NCBI RefSeq assembly: GCF_009914755.1
Contig: NC_060933.1
Source of the DNA: the human T2T-CHM13v2.0 reference genome, Homo sapiens
DNA length: 64,000 nucleotides
Reading direction: 5' to 3' (one strand)
Made by a program: the position numbers and the translations under genes. The first letter of the stretch is position 1. Each line of letters starts with the position of its first letter. This document shows, piece by piece, positions 48,861 through 61,822 of the stretch. The notes under the pieces are model-generated. The model was not told the origin of the DNA, searched no databases, and saw only the letters and a list, made by a program, of their open reading frames with translations.

Positions 48861-49344
48861 ATGTTGTTGAAAACTTTAGCATTCTTTCTTTTCACCTTCC
48901 TCCCTCTTCCTCCTCCTTTTTACTTTTCTTCCTCTTCCTTTCTCTTCTTCTTTCTCTCCTTCATTATCCCTTTCGCTCTGTTTCTCTTTCTCCCTTTCTT
49001 TTTCCTTTTCTTTCAATTTTCTCCATTACTAAGAGATGTTTGAATACCCTTACTATGTGAGTTGATATGGTTATTTCTCCATTTAATCCTCTTTTGAGAT
49101 TTATAGTCTCTCTAAGTAAAGAGATAACCCAAACATAAGCCTCACAAACAGGCTTCCATACCATTCTTAATTTGGTCCTGTAATTCTTCATTGCTGTATT
49201 AACTTTCTGATGCTTTTAAGGATGTTTTACAACAAATTGTTTAGTTTTTTCCACTGGAATGTTTATTCTCAATTATCTAATTCATACTGTAAGTATAGAG
49301 GGAGTTTAATATAAAATTATTAAACTAATATTTGTGAAAGAACG

Positions 49345-50190
49345 TATTTGTGCATTTAACAAATATGTTAATCCTCAGACTGTTATTGGGCAGCTGAGCA
49401 TACAGCAATAAAAATAACATAATTTTTATGTGTACAATATTTATGGAATACGTTACTGGAACAAATAAATAATTTAGTTAATAACATGACAAAGAACAGA
49501 AATTGTATACACTATAGAGCATAGTAATGGAATAATGAATGATTAAAGTTATTAATATTAGGTAGAAAATGAAGGGTATCTTTGAGAGCAGAACTCAAGG
49601 AAGCAAGCAATTCGCCTTATGAGGAAAGAGTTACCTGTGGATAAAGGAGAAACTGAAAAATTTACAAGTCAAGACTTTTTGTGCAAAAACAAAAATATGA
49701 TTATTAGTCACCAATTCAGTACAGTGAAAAAAAAGTTGAAGAGATATCTTGGAAGTAAACCATATTGTGGAAGAGCATGTAGGGTTTTGATAATCAGGGG
49801 ATTATTCTGAATTAATTTTAAATGCGATAGGAATATATGAGATAACTTAACCAGAGAATAACATGATTGTGTTTGCATTTCAAAGGGGTGTATCTTGTGC
49901 ACCGTGTAGAAAAAATAGGTTTTGTGAGCAAATAAATTGGGAGGCTACTCTAATCCAGAGAAAAAAGGTAGTGACTTAGGTGAGAATGCTGTCAGGATGA
50001 GTGGTAGTAGTGGTGAGAAGTCATTAGGCCATGGATGTATTTCATAGGACTAGCCAAGAGAACTGCAGCTAAATTGGAGTGTAGGGAGTGAAATGGAGAA
50101 CTCAAAGATGACTCTCAGCACTGGAAAGTGACACTGAAGCATGCTGATGCCTCTTATTAAGAGAGTTACTTGGGAATGGCAAGATCAAAA
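49345..50190 (-). mobile_element. L2 LINE relic
   Basis: CATTTAACAAATATG 3'-end-like motif; GGGAGGCTACTCTAATCCAG...GTGGTAGTAGTGGTGAGAAG...CAAAGATGACTC. Confidence 0.55.
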
Positions 50191-52530
50191 CTTCTCACTT
50201 TCAAATTTATGAAAAATATTGTTTTCAGAACGAATGACTTTGGGATCAGAAAGCCATCATTCTAATTGATGGTTCCAAGACTACACGGGCTCACACTCCC
50301 AAGAACAAAAGTAAATCATCACAAAGGTGCTTCCTGATAATTCTAGAGAATGGAGAATTACTGTAACATCTTTCTGATTTTAGGAGAGGTAGCAGTTCCC
50401 CGTTTAGCCTAAACGCTATTTTTTTTAAAGCTCAGCCAAGAGACTCCATTATAATTTTCAAATGTGTGTAACTTAAATTCTCATATGAAATACCACTATG
50501 CTTAAATTAGTCAAAACATTTTCCCCATCTACAACTCTATCTTTTCATTGCAATCATTTTCACAAAAGTGACTGCAGCTCACAGACCCTAAAAGGAGAAA
50601 ATCCAGGGTAGGTTACCTGATCTAGTTAGTTTTGAAGACAGGATCTAGAGATTATTTAATATGAAATAGGTCACCTGAAATGAAGTGTTTACTGAAAACA
50701 GCTTGGATCAGCCCAGTTTTCTACCACTGAACCATGCATTTGATTTAAAAAACACAACAACTCTGGGGAATATCGGCTGCTTCCAACTGTGTTGAAGGTG
50801 TTAAAGAAAAGAGCATAAAAGTAAAAATGATCATCTGAGGCCTTTATAGTCTCTGCTCAAGAGACTAGAGTCTTCCATTCTTAACGAAACACCCAAATAT
50901 CTTAATAATTGGGCAAAATCTAAATATCAGAGAGATAATTTTATCTTGAAGATTGTTAAATTATAATGGTGATTCACTACCTTGCCACGTCTCTGAGTCA
51001 AAAATTAGGTCTTTGTTTAGGAATCAATGGTACTCTGCAACTTGGAAATAGGAAGATTTTAGAAGACTCAAACACTGACTTTCTTCTGTGCAAAAAAAAG
51101 ACGTATTGAGTTAAGACAAGTCTTTCCTTGCAAGGATACCTCTAATGCTCATACACCACCTCCCCTAACGTTAATATAGCTTCCAGGTCAGTAACCAGTG
51201 TCAGAGAGCAGCCCATGCAACTACAAATTCAATAGATGTCGAACACAGGGTCAAGCCTAGAATAAGAAGTCTTAGCTAATTAAGTATGCTTTGTTCCCCA
51301 AATTCATATTAACAAAAACTTGGATATGTCAGAGAATGCATTCTAAGTTCATTCAACCTAGGAGGGAGAAACATAATTTTAAATTAAGAGCTGAAGCATT
51401 CTTGTCCTAACAAAAAGCAAGGAAAATGAAATATCACACCACAGGAGGGATTTCACAAATTAGTGTCAACATCAAAACCTTAAAATAGGCAAGGAAAATG
51501 CAGATTTACAATGAACTCTTGTACTTGTTTTGTTCAGAGAAGAGATGGTTCTGAGAGAATGACAGTGAACTAACCCCAGCTGGTTTAGTTGGTGCTTTTA
51601 ATTGCTGCTTCTGATCAACTCCTTTAGCTAGAATAAATTGATGAGGATTTTGGCATGTGGTATTAGAGATGGTTATTAATTTTTTCCTCTTATTTGCATT
51701 GTTCAATGTAGTAAATACTAGCTGTATATGGCTACTTCAATTCAAATTAATTACAATGAAATATACTTAAATATTGCATTTTTTAGTCACTGTTGGTTCA
51801 TTATTGAATATCTTCAGCTAAGATTTCCCATCTAAATACACTAAGAGGTGGCTTAGTTAACTGGTCATCCACAAATATTGATGCTGATGTTAACTCCTGA
51901 TATATTCTCTGCAAATAGAATATTCATGAGCCTCCTCCTGAAATCAGCAGCCTAGAGATAGTTTTATAAATTGGATACAAGTTGGAAATCTATATACTCT
52001 TTCAGTGTTTGAAATATTAGCTTCCCAGGGAAGAAAATCAAATTCATAAGCTATGTTAGGACGATTTAACTCAAGATGTTCAAAACTGAAATGACGTATT
52101 CTACAATATGTGATAAAACCACCCCCTAACAACTTAAAGCAAAACAGGGATTGACCTTAATGACCTGCCTTTTCCTCATCCCCCAGTCAATCAGTTTTCA
52201 AATCTCGCATTTTATTTCAAAAGGTCCTTATCTCCCTAGTCTCTTGTTTCTAGATTCGGCACATATTTAAGTTTGTTACCTCTATCTACTGACATCTTTC
52301 TCTTCGAACGGTATCTATGCCTGCCAAATGTGAATATACAAAAAACAAATCAGAATGTGCCATTCTGATTTAAACTGCTTATTAGTTAAAACCCTCAAGA
52401 TAACATCTGGGTTCTTGGCTGCAATGAGTCAAGCCTACTTACATCTTTTTTTGTCTTTGGCTGCACATTTCCTATCACATCACACTCCAGCAAAGCCAAG
52501 CTGTGCCGGCCTTCTACCCCATCTCCACTA

Positions 52531-54013
52531 TTTTGCCCCGCGTCGCCGCAGCTTTTTGACCCTCATCACAGCGGCTCTTTTGCCCTTCGCCGCCGCGGCT
52601 TTTTGCCCCCTGCCGCCGCGGCTTTTTGACCCTCATCGCCGCGGCTTTTTGTTCTCCACCGCTGCGGCTTTTTGCCCCAACCACCACCGCGGCTTTTTCC
52701 CCACCGCGGTTTTTTGCCCCCACCCGCCGCCTCGGGTTTATGCCCGCCACGGCTTTTAATTCCCTGCCGCCGCGGCTTTTTGCCCCCCACCCCCCCCCGC
52801 CGCCGCCGCGGCTTTTTGCCCGACCTGGCTTTTTGCCCACCCCCGCTGCCGCCACGGCTTTCTACCCGCCGCGGCTTTTTGCTCGACCCGGCTTTTTACC
52901 CCCCCACCGCCGCGGGTTTTTGCCCACCGCGGCTTTCTGCCCCCCACGGCTTTTTACCCCCCGCCACCGCCGTGGCTTTTTGTCGCCGCGGCTTTTTGCC
53001 CCCCCCCCACCATCGCCACGGCTTTTTCACCCCCGCCGCCGCGGCCCCCGCCTGGTGCCGCGATTATTTGCCCGCCGCGGCTTTTTACACCTCCCGGTGC
53101 CGCGGTTATTTGACCGCCGCGGCTTTTTGCACCCCCCCCCCACCCCCCTCCCCGGTGCCGCGGTTATTTGCACGTCGCGACTTTTTGCACCCCCGCCGCC
53201 GCGGCTTTTTCCACGCCGCGGGTTTTTGTCCCCCGCCGCCGCGGCTTTTTGCCCGCCGCGGCGTTTTGCCCCCATCGCCGCGGCTTTTTGCCCCCCCACC
53301 ATCGCGGCTTTTTGCGCGCCTCGGCTTTTCGCCCCCTGCCGCCGCGGCTTTTTCCCCACTGCGGTTTTTTGCCCCCCCCCCCCGCCGCCTCGGGTTTTTG
53401 CCCGCCGCGGCTTTTTGCCTCCGCAGCTTTTTGTCCCCCCGCCGCCTCGGCTTTTTGCACCCCCGCCGCCGTGGCTTTTTGCCCTCCACGGCTTTTTGTC
53501 GTCGCGGCTTTTTGCCCCCCCCCCCCCCCCCGCCAAAAGCCGCGGGTTTTTACCTGCCGCAGCTTTTTGCCCGCCACGGCTTTTTGCCCCTCGCTGCCAC
53601 GGCTTTTTGCCCCCCGCCGCCGCGGCTTTTTGCCCCCCACCACCGCGGCTTTTTGCCCACCGCGGTTTTTTGTCCCCCCGCCGCCTCGGTTTTATGCCTG
53701 CCCCGGCTTTTTGCCCTCCGCAACTTTTTGGCGCCTCGGGTGCCGCGGTTATTTGCCTGCCGCGGCTTTTTGCACCCCCGCCGCCACGACTTTTTGCCGC
53801 CCGCCTCCGCGGCTTTTTGCCCCGCCGCCGCGCCTTTCTGCCCGCCGCGGCTTTTTACCCCCCGCCGCCGCGGCTTTTTGCCCGACCCGGCTTTTTGCCC
53901 ACCCCCGCTGCCGCGGCTTTTCCACCCCCGCCGCCGTGGCTTTTTGTCGCCGCGGCTTTTTGCTCCCCCGCTATGGCGGCTTTTTGCCCCCCGCCCCCGT
54001 GGCTTTTTGCCCC
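52531..54013. repeat. GC-rich pericentromeric GCTTTTTGC (reverse: GCAAAAAGC) degenerate tandem repeat
   Basis: ~1.5 kb of ~15-28-bp units CCGCCGCGGCTTTTTGCCCCC; very CpG-rich and A-poor on the + strand. Confidence 0.92.
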
Positions 54014-55605
54014 ATGGCCATCCTCAGAAGCGTGAGTGGAACAGAGTGAAGGGAAAGCTGTTTTCTTCGAAAGCTCAAAAATCTTGAACTTTTAAATAGG
54101 GATAAGTGTTATTTTTGCTCCAAGCACACATTTGAGAAATCTTCCATTTAGCGGATATGATGATAAACCCACATTTTTTGTTTTAATCTGAAAATGTATT
54201 TGTATGGTTCTTGGAAATATTTTTTTTGCATATAAAATTATAGTTTATCATCTTATTTCAAGTTTTATTTACCATTTGATAGTTACTCCTAAAATGTCAT
54301 TGATTAAAGAATCATCTATTGCTCCAACTGCTCTTTACTAAAGGTAATTTGTCTTTTTAACCTCATCAGGCTCCTTTTAAGCTCTCAAACTGACCTTATA
54401 TTTTTTTACAGATTGAATGCATTAAGTCCATTTATTATTTATGATGAATTTATTTATGTATTTATTTTCGCTATCACAAGTAGAAAAAGCCTATAAGTTG
54501 CTATGCCAAAAACCTGCCTCTAGATGGCAAACAAACCCCACGATACACAAAAGAGAGCCAAATTCTTAGAAACCCTGGGAAAGGAAGAGGGCTACTGTCC
54601 CATTAACAACTTGGAGCCCTTAAGGCAAGAATGAGGTGGAACATCTGGGAGGAGACACCAGGGTGCGGAGTAGTGGGGAACCTGCTCTGTGCTCTGAGAC
54701 TGAAAGCCCAGCCTTGCCTCTCACCACTGCCTTGACTGTGTCCCCATCTGCTGTGAAGTGAATGGTGTCTTCTAAATTCATGCTGAGCCCTAATTGCTGA
54801 AAAGTGTAAGACATGCAATGGGGGGATTATGTGCATCTTCCCGACACCAACATGATGCTCAGGAAGGAGACTTCTTGTTTTCTCTTAGGATTCTTTTACT
54901 AACCAAGATTTTGCCTCTACTGCATATTTCCCTTTGCTGATTGTCCCTCCTTTTTGACAGAAGATGGCCCAGGGCATTCACTACTAAGTCTCAACGTCTT
55001 ACCCAAAGCCCTCAGTCTAGTGTTGCTCTTTCCTTCATGCTATTTTTGTTTGTTTCTTTTCTTGTCATCATCTTGGCAATAAAATAATCACTTTTTTCTT
55101 TCTACCTATTAAAGATGTTACCTTAGTTAATTACAGTGGTTTCCTTCAGAATGATAAATGGTCTTTCAAAATGATGTAAAGAGATCTAAATCCGTGTGCT
55201 CCAGAAGTTGAATGAAGCTCTGTCTAGCACGGGTGCCAGTGACTCTCCCAGAGTGCTCCATGCAGCTGGACCCACGGAGTCCCTCTGTGCTGTCATATCA
55301 CCCACTGCCTTCTGTGAATGAGATATTCTGATTGGAATCCTGGTGGATGCTATTTGAGCCATGCCCCCACAACTCCTATGAAAGCCGAGGACCACAGGCC
55401 CCTGAAGACAATCACAGGTCTCTAGACTCACAGCTCATGACCATCCTCTGCAGACACAGCTTCTCCCCGGATGGCTGAGTTTTGTCATTGGCTGTGTCCT
55501 TCCTTGTGCATGACAACAGGAGACATAGAAGGTCTGTAAGCAGCCCTGCAAGCCAGGTTCTGAGCAAGCCCTCCTGTGTGGGGCCCTCTTACCTGGACAT
55601 AGGTG

Positions 55606-56454
55606 TGTAAACCAAAAATGAAACTCTAAGCTCCCTAACCAACTGAATGAACTCCTCCTCTCAGCCAAGGACACACCAAAATCAACCTGAAATACAATAC
55701 AGTCCATGATCGGAACGGATGATTGGACATGCCTTAACTTACCCTCTTCCCTTTAAAATTCAGGCAGAACTGACCAGCTTTTAATATGAAGACAGAGACC
55801 TTGAGACTGACAAAGAAAACTCTTTATAGCAATAAGATACCAATGTGACAGATACCACGTCCTAAGAGAAATCAAAGTATTTTCCCCAAGATATTGTTAT
55901 TTAATGTATTTAAAAATGCCTCTGCAAAGCTGGTTTTTGTGGGAGAAATCTAAATTCTGTAGAGATTCCTTTTTAAGTCTCTTTCCTGACCCAGAGAGAT
56001 TTAACTAAGAGTTTGGCACCTTTTAAGTCTACTAAGAAACAATTACAATCTATTCTCTCTGAAGCCTGCTACCTGGAGGCTTCATCTGCATGATGCAACC
56101 TTGGCTCCAAAACCCTTTTTCTAAACCCAGAAACTCCCTTGTGTTGATTACAGGTCATTAGATAAACTCTTTCAACCACCTATGAAATCTTTGAATCCAC
56201 CTATGACCTGGAAGTCCCCAATATCCCCCCTCCTTCGGGCTGTCCTGCCTTTCAATATCAAAGCAATGTACAGCTTACACGTATTGATTGATATCTTATG
56301 TCTCCTTAAAACGTGTAAAACCAACCTGTAGCCCGACGACCTTTGACACACGTTCTCAAGACCTCCTGAGGCTGTTTCACTGATATTTCTTTAACTTTGA
56401 CCAAATAAATTTCTAAACTGATTGAGACTTTTCTCAGATACTTATTTGTTTATA
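55606..56454 (+). mobile_element. MER4 (B/D-like) ERV1 solo LTR
   Basis: TGTAAACCAAAAATGAAACTCTAAGC start; AATAAATTTCTAAACTGATTGAGAC...CTCAGATAC end; TSD GGTG/GGTA. Confidence 0.85.
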
Positions 56455-56599
56455 GGTATCACTGGATACACTTAAGGAATTGAAGAGATTTATGACATTG
56501 AGAAAAGGAGGAAGCCAGGGTGTGTGGAGAGAGAGAGAGAGAGAGAGAGAGATTGTGATGTATGTACAGGACTAACACTGAGACCTGGTTATGTAATGG

Positions 56600-57062
56600 T
56601 GTAGTAATGAGTATCATCCCCAAATAGTGAGGTTTCATTCCAAGAAGACTATGCATGTATCTCATTTGGGAAAACAGCTTTTGCAGGTGTAAATTAAGGA
56701 GCTTGAAACAGGGAGATGGTCTTAGATTAATCAACTGGGACTTAAATGCAAACTCAAGTGTCCTAATAAAAACAAGAGGTAGAGAGACATTTAGCATAGA
56801 CTGAAGTGGAGAAGGCAGTGTGAACACAGAGACAGAGATTGCAGTGATGTGTCCACATCCCGGGAGAGAGAAGCCACCAGAAGCTGGAAGAGCTAAATCA
56901 GACTGCTCCCTAGAGCTTCAGAAGGAGCCAGAACTGATGACTCCAAGATCTTAGCCCAGTGAAACTGATCTGGACTTCTGAACTATGAGAGATTCCATTC
57001 CTGTTGTTTGAAGCTACCACATTTTTGAGAACTTGTTACAGTAGCCCGAGGACACTAACACA
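56600..57062 (+). mobile_element. MLT1C/D MaLR solo LTR
   Basis: CTTTTGCAGGTGTAAATTAAGG...GCCACCAGAAGCTGGAAGAG...TTGTTACAGTAGCC...ACTAACACA. Confidence 0.8.
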
Positions 57063-57851
57063 AATGGGGCTCCGGGAAAATCCAGACTAAAGGTGTTGTG
57101 TTGGTTTGCAATCTCCTTGCTTAACTTTCTGATACTAGACGTAAATAGATTGGTGAAAAATTTTGTGAATGAAGAAATGTACATGAAACCTACAGTGTAC
57201 AGAGAAGCATCTGTTAGTTATAAGATAAATATTGATAATTTTAGTTGAAAATGACATATGACTGTTAATATCTCACATAACATTCTGAGTTACTCAAGAA
57301 TGCATAAAAGGGGCACTAGATACTCTTCTCATGTATGTGTGTGTGTCTGTCTATACATGTATGTACACTTCATGGTGCATCAGCTGGCAGAACCCTCAGG
57401 ACACCCCTTCACATCCTCAGTGCCCCATTTCACACATGAGGAAACTGTTCATGACAGCACATGGCTGATTTGCATAAAAGTCACTTGGTCAGCAGTTGTT
57501 GAAGCTGAACTTGGAATCTAGGTCTATCTGACCTTAACTATGTTCCTTCCACAGAGCCACGTTCATTCCATAGAGGAACCCACCACCTATAAAACCAGAA
57601 AAGAGACAAAGCCAGAAGTGCAGGGTGGATTTCTTAACACAAGCTCACTGCGACCTCTACTCCTCATCACGCTGACACTAAGCTTAAACCCAGACCCTTC
57701 TACAGTTTTGTCTACAAAGCACAATTTGCCCAAAGCCTTTACAAACACCAACAGCCTTTCTTTCAGATATGGCAGCAGGGTCACATCTTACACGGCCCTG
57801 ACCACATTTTGTCTCCTCTGCCATCCCCATCTCTCTGACTCAGTCTTCGCT

Positions 57852-58188
57852 TGCAGCCATAAAAAAGGATGAGTTCATGTCCTTTGTAGGGACATGGATG
57901 AAGCTGGAAACCATCATTCTCAGCAAACTATCGCAAGGACAAAGAAACCAATCACTGCATGTTCTCACTCACAGGTGGGAATTGAACAATGAGAACACAT
58001 GGACACAGGAAGGGGAACATCACACACCAGGGCCTGTCATGGGGTGGGGGGAGGGGGGGGAGGGATAGGATTAGGAGGTACACCTAATGTAAATGATGAG
58101 TTAATGGGTGCAGCACACCAACATGGCTCATGTATACATATGTAACAAACCTGCACGTTGTGCACATGTACACTAGAACTTAAAGAAC

Positions 58189-58221
<33 letters not shown>
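57852..58221 (+). mobile_element. 5'-truncated L1PA (PA5-like) with (TAA)n tail
   Basis: GCAGCCATAAAAAAGGATGAGTTCATGTCC...CCTAATGTAAATGATGAGTTAATGGGTGCAGCACACCAACATGG...CTAGAACTTAAAG. Confidence 0.92.
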
Positions 58222-58222
<1 letters not shown>

Positions 58223-58519
58223 GGTCTTGTACATCTAATTTGCCCTACAAATGTTAAAACAGCAAACCCGCATCCCCTTCCTCTTCTCATGTGCTGTGAG
58301 GGATGACCTCCAGGCTCTCAGATACCAAGATTGTACAAGACCTAACCCAGAGAATTACTCAAGACACTTTCTACGTAAGAGAATTGTGGTGCTAGCTCTC
58401 CTCATAGAAAAATGTTTTCTGTCTCTTGTTGAAATTGACAGCAAACACAAAAACACAGAACTATTTGGGAGAACAGAGGACAGTGATACACTAGGGAAGT
58501 AAAACACACCCCTTCCCCT

Positions 58520-58982
58520 TGCATTGGTTTCCTGTTGCTGCCGTAACAAATTACCACAACCTTACTGCTCCCCATAACACAAGTGTATTATCTTACATTT
58601 CTGGAGGTCAGAAGTCTCAATGAAGTAAAATCAAGGAGTAATAGGGCTCTATTCATTCTAGGCTTCAAGAGAGAGAATCCAATATCGAGCATTCCATCTT
58701 TCTGATGTTCCCACATTCCTAGCAGCATGGCCCCTTCCTCCATCACTCCAGTTTCCCTGTCCGTTGTCCCAGGTCCTCTCTGGCTGTTACCTTCCTCCTT
58801 CCCTATTATAAGGACCCTTGTGATTATGATGGTCTCACCCAGATAATTCAGGATACTCTCCTGACCCCCAAATTCTCAACCATGTCTGCCAAGTTATTTT
58901 TGACATATTCATAAGTAATGATCATAGATTCCAGATATTAGGACAATGATGTCTTTAGTGGGTGTATTATTCATTCCACAAA
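58520..58982 (-). mobile_element. MLT1 MaLR LTR
   Basis: GTTGCTGCCGTAACAAATTACCACAA...TATAAGGACCCTTGTGATTA...CCCAGATAATTCAGGAT. Confidence 0.75.
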
Positions 58983-61180
58983 CAACCCTCATCATCCACA
59001 CAATGGTCTTCCCCTAAGGTAGAATAAAAATATCACAAGGCAGATTTACGAGGCGATCGACCTAGAAAAAACCTGAGAATCTAGGACTGTCTGATGTGTG
59101 GATGTCAAATCCTGGGAGATTCTGAGTCTCTGCTCTATGTGGACTCTATGTTGTGTAGCCATTTGTGGAAGGCTTCTGTGATTTTGTGACCTAGAGAAAA
59201 TGAATCTCTGCTAAAATCAAATCTAAGAAAGATTGGCAAAGGGAATTTAAAGATTTCCTAAATTTTTGGAATTTCCCTATGCATTAAAGCATGAGAAGTG
59301 GCAATAATTCAAACCAACGATGCCCTCCAAGAATGAGGATTTTTCCAATGCATTAGGTTGGGTCCCCTCAGTGAGAAGGATGCCAAAGATTCGCATGCAG
59401 GCAGTATATTTACAAAGTGCGGGAAACAAGCAAATGAGCAAGGGAGGGGAGGAGGGAAAGGGAAAGTGAAAGGTGCCTCAGAAGGAGCCACCTCTGAGGA
59501 TGACGACAGCTCAAGCCCACATAGAAACACAGGAAAAATGCCTCTGTTATTCCACCTGAGAGGTGAGGGAGCTGCGGGATGTGTACACCTCCCTTGTCAT
59601 CACTGATTGACAGCCGTCCTAGGGGATGCTAATTCCAGGCCATGAGGTCTGCCTCATTTGCAGCCTGAGCTGCTTCCCCAGGTTCAGACAGAGCAGTGAA
59701 GGGGAGAAAGGGCCATAGAGAGTCAGCTGAAGTATAATGACTAGAATCCCCAAGGCGTAGTAACAATGACTGCTAAAATTATGCACAAAGAAAAAGCGCA
59801 TTTGAATCCAGAGATGTATCTCTCTGAATCTGGATATATGGATCCTGGCAGCCTGTTCAGTAGCCATTTCCCAGAAATCCAGTTCTCTGGAAAAGCAGCA
59901 GGAGGTTTGTGCACAGGCTGCACTACCTTGGTCTGGCCACTGGTAGTCGTGCATGAGAACTACTCCCTGGAGTATTTCTCAGTCCACTGACACTGATGTA
60001 ATTGGCTCCACTTCCCCTGCTGTTGAGCCAGGCCGACACGCCCTGGGCAAAGGCATCTGTGTGAAGTATTGAGGTTCAAATCAGTGCTTAAGATATGTTT
60101 GGAGGCAAAATACTTTTTCATCTACATGGGCAGTGTCTTGGCAGAAGATGGAGATTCTCTCTAAATGGATGTGAGACAGGGTGGCTGGCATCTGGGTCAG
60201 GATGATGCCCTGGTGCATGGCAAGAACATGCATTGGGCAGCAGCTGTCCTCGCTAAGCAGAGAGGTTCACTGACCTGGCTTTTCCCCCCTCACCTGCTCT
60301 CCAGAAAGCCAGACTCTAGGGCAGATGCTCCTGAGACCCCAGGAACAGGCTGGTGGGGAGCGCAGCTCAGAGCATTACTCAGGGGATGTGGCCTTTGTCA
60401 TCCTACTTTGAAACAATTGATTATTTGAGCCTAGATTGATAGAGGGCTTCAAGTTGATTTTAATCCTGGCTCCTATAGTCCGCGAGTGAAACAGAGATTT
60501 TGAAATAATGAGACCTGGTATTACTAGTCAGCTCTCCATGCTGGAGAACCATAAGAAATTATACCAAAGGCAGGAAAGGGGATAGAATATGGGGATCATC
60601 ACGCCAAGAATAAGGTGCAGCCCATTTAGCCCCTAGGTCTTAAAGAGACCCATAGCTCTGGATAATGGCAGATCTATGCGTGACACATTATCATCTTTGT
60701 GCATCTTCAGAGAATTGTTTTTCCTTTTACTCCTAGGAACAATGTCTTAAGTTTGTTAGTAAATTCTATTGAATTTATTAAAGATGCTTCTGATAAATTC
60801 TTTTTATATTCATTTCAAAAAAGAAGCAATTTCACACTGACAGAGACATTGTTATTATAGCACTAAATACTTTTACACTCATCAAATTCCTTTGAGACTA
60901 ACTGAAATTTCTGACAGCCCCACACTCTATAACTTTATTGTAAATTTTCTGCCAAAAATGATGCTTTCCTATACACTCTTAATACAAGTATAAATATATT
61001 ATTTAATCTAGTCTTAGGTTGATTTAAAATTTTGAAAATTCACTCCAAAAATATGTTCTGTAACCATATGGCCACCAATGAGAAGTGTACTCTTTCAAGG
61101 TAAATCTGTGCTGCCCTGGTCTGACCTGGGACTCTGGGGATACTGCGCCCGTGTGCTGAGTTACTGAGATGAGCCAGCCC

Positions 61181-61262
61181 TGCAGCTGTGCTCAGCCTGC
61201 CCCATCCCCTGCTGATTTGCCTGTTCCTAGAGCACAGCCCCCTGCCCTGAAGACTTCTTATA
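61181..61262 (+). promoter_or_regulatory. Ig V-kappa promoter: pentadecamer, mutated octamer, TATA-like box
   Basis: TGCAGCTGTGCTCAG (61181-61195); ATTTGCCT in place of ATTTGCAT (61215-61222); TTCTTATA near 61255. Confidence 0.85.
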
Positions 61263-61308
61263 GGCTGGCCACACCCGGTGCAGGAGTCAGCCCCAGTCAG
61301 GACACAGC

Positions 61309-61794
61309 ACGGACGTGAGGGCCCCCACTCAGCTCCTGGGGCTCCTGGGGCTCCTGGGGCTCTGGCTGCCAGGTAAGGAAGGAGAACACTAGGATTATAC
61401 TCGGTCAGTGTGCTCAGTACTGTCTGGAACTTCAGGGAAGTCCTCTGATAACATGATTAATTGCAAGAATATTTGTTTTTATGTTTCTAACTTCAGGTGC
61501 CAGATGTGACATCCAGATGACCCAGTCTCCATCCTCCCTGTCTGCATCTGTAGGAGGCAGAGTCACCATCACTTGCCGGGCGAGTCAGGGCATTAGCAAT
61601 AATTTAAATTGGTATCAGCAGAAACCAAGGAAAACTCCTAAGCTCCTGATCTATGCTGCATCCAGTCTGCAAAGTGGGATTCCCTCTCGGTTCAGTGACA
61701 GTGGATCTGGGACAGATTACACTCTCACCATCAGCAGCCTGCAGCTTGAAGATTTTGCAACCTATTACTGTCAACAGAGTGACAGTAACCCTCC
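61309..61794 (+). pseudogene. IGKV1OR: Immunoglobulin kappa variable subgroup 1 orphon: leader exon 61309-61372, V exon 61497-61794
   Basis: V exon [95 protein letters not shown]; GT..AG intron intact; leader begins ACG GAC GTG instead of ATG GAC ATG; VGGRV/SNNLN/FSDSG/QQSDS residues as I recall them for the dispersed IGKV1/OR family; exact member not determinable. Confidence 0.93.
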
Positions 61795-61822
61795 CACAGT
61801 GTTACAAGTCATAACATAAACC
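61795..61822 (+). other. V(D)J recombination signal sequence, 12-bp spacer
   Basis: CACAGTG + TTACAAGTCATA (12 bp) + ACATAAACC. Confidence 0.95.

Noticed and set aside
52355-54087. Long ORFs of 469, 471 and 293 aa (Pro/Arg/Ala/Phe-rich)
   Set aside because: All three + frames are open because the repeat strand has almost no A, so stops are rare; no domain content.
61309-61822. Functional IGKV1 gene of the main kappa locus
   Set aside because: No ATG in the leader, mutated octamer, orphon-type residues, only one V segment, and satellite/pericentromeric context.
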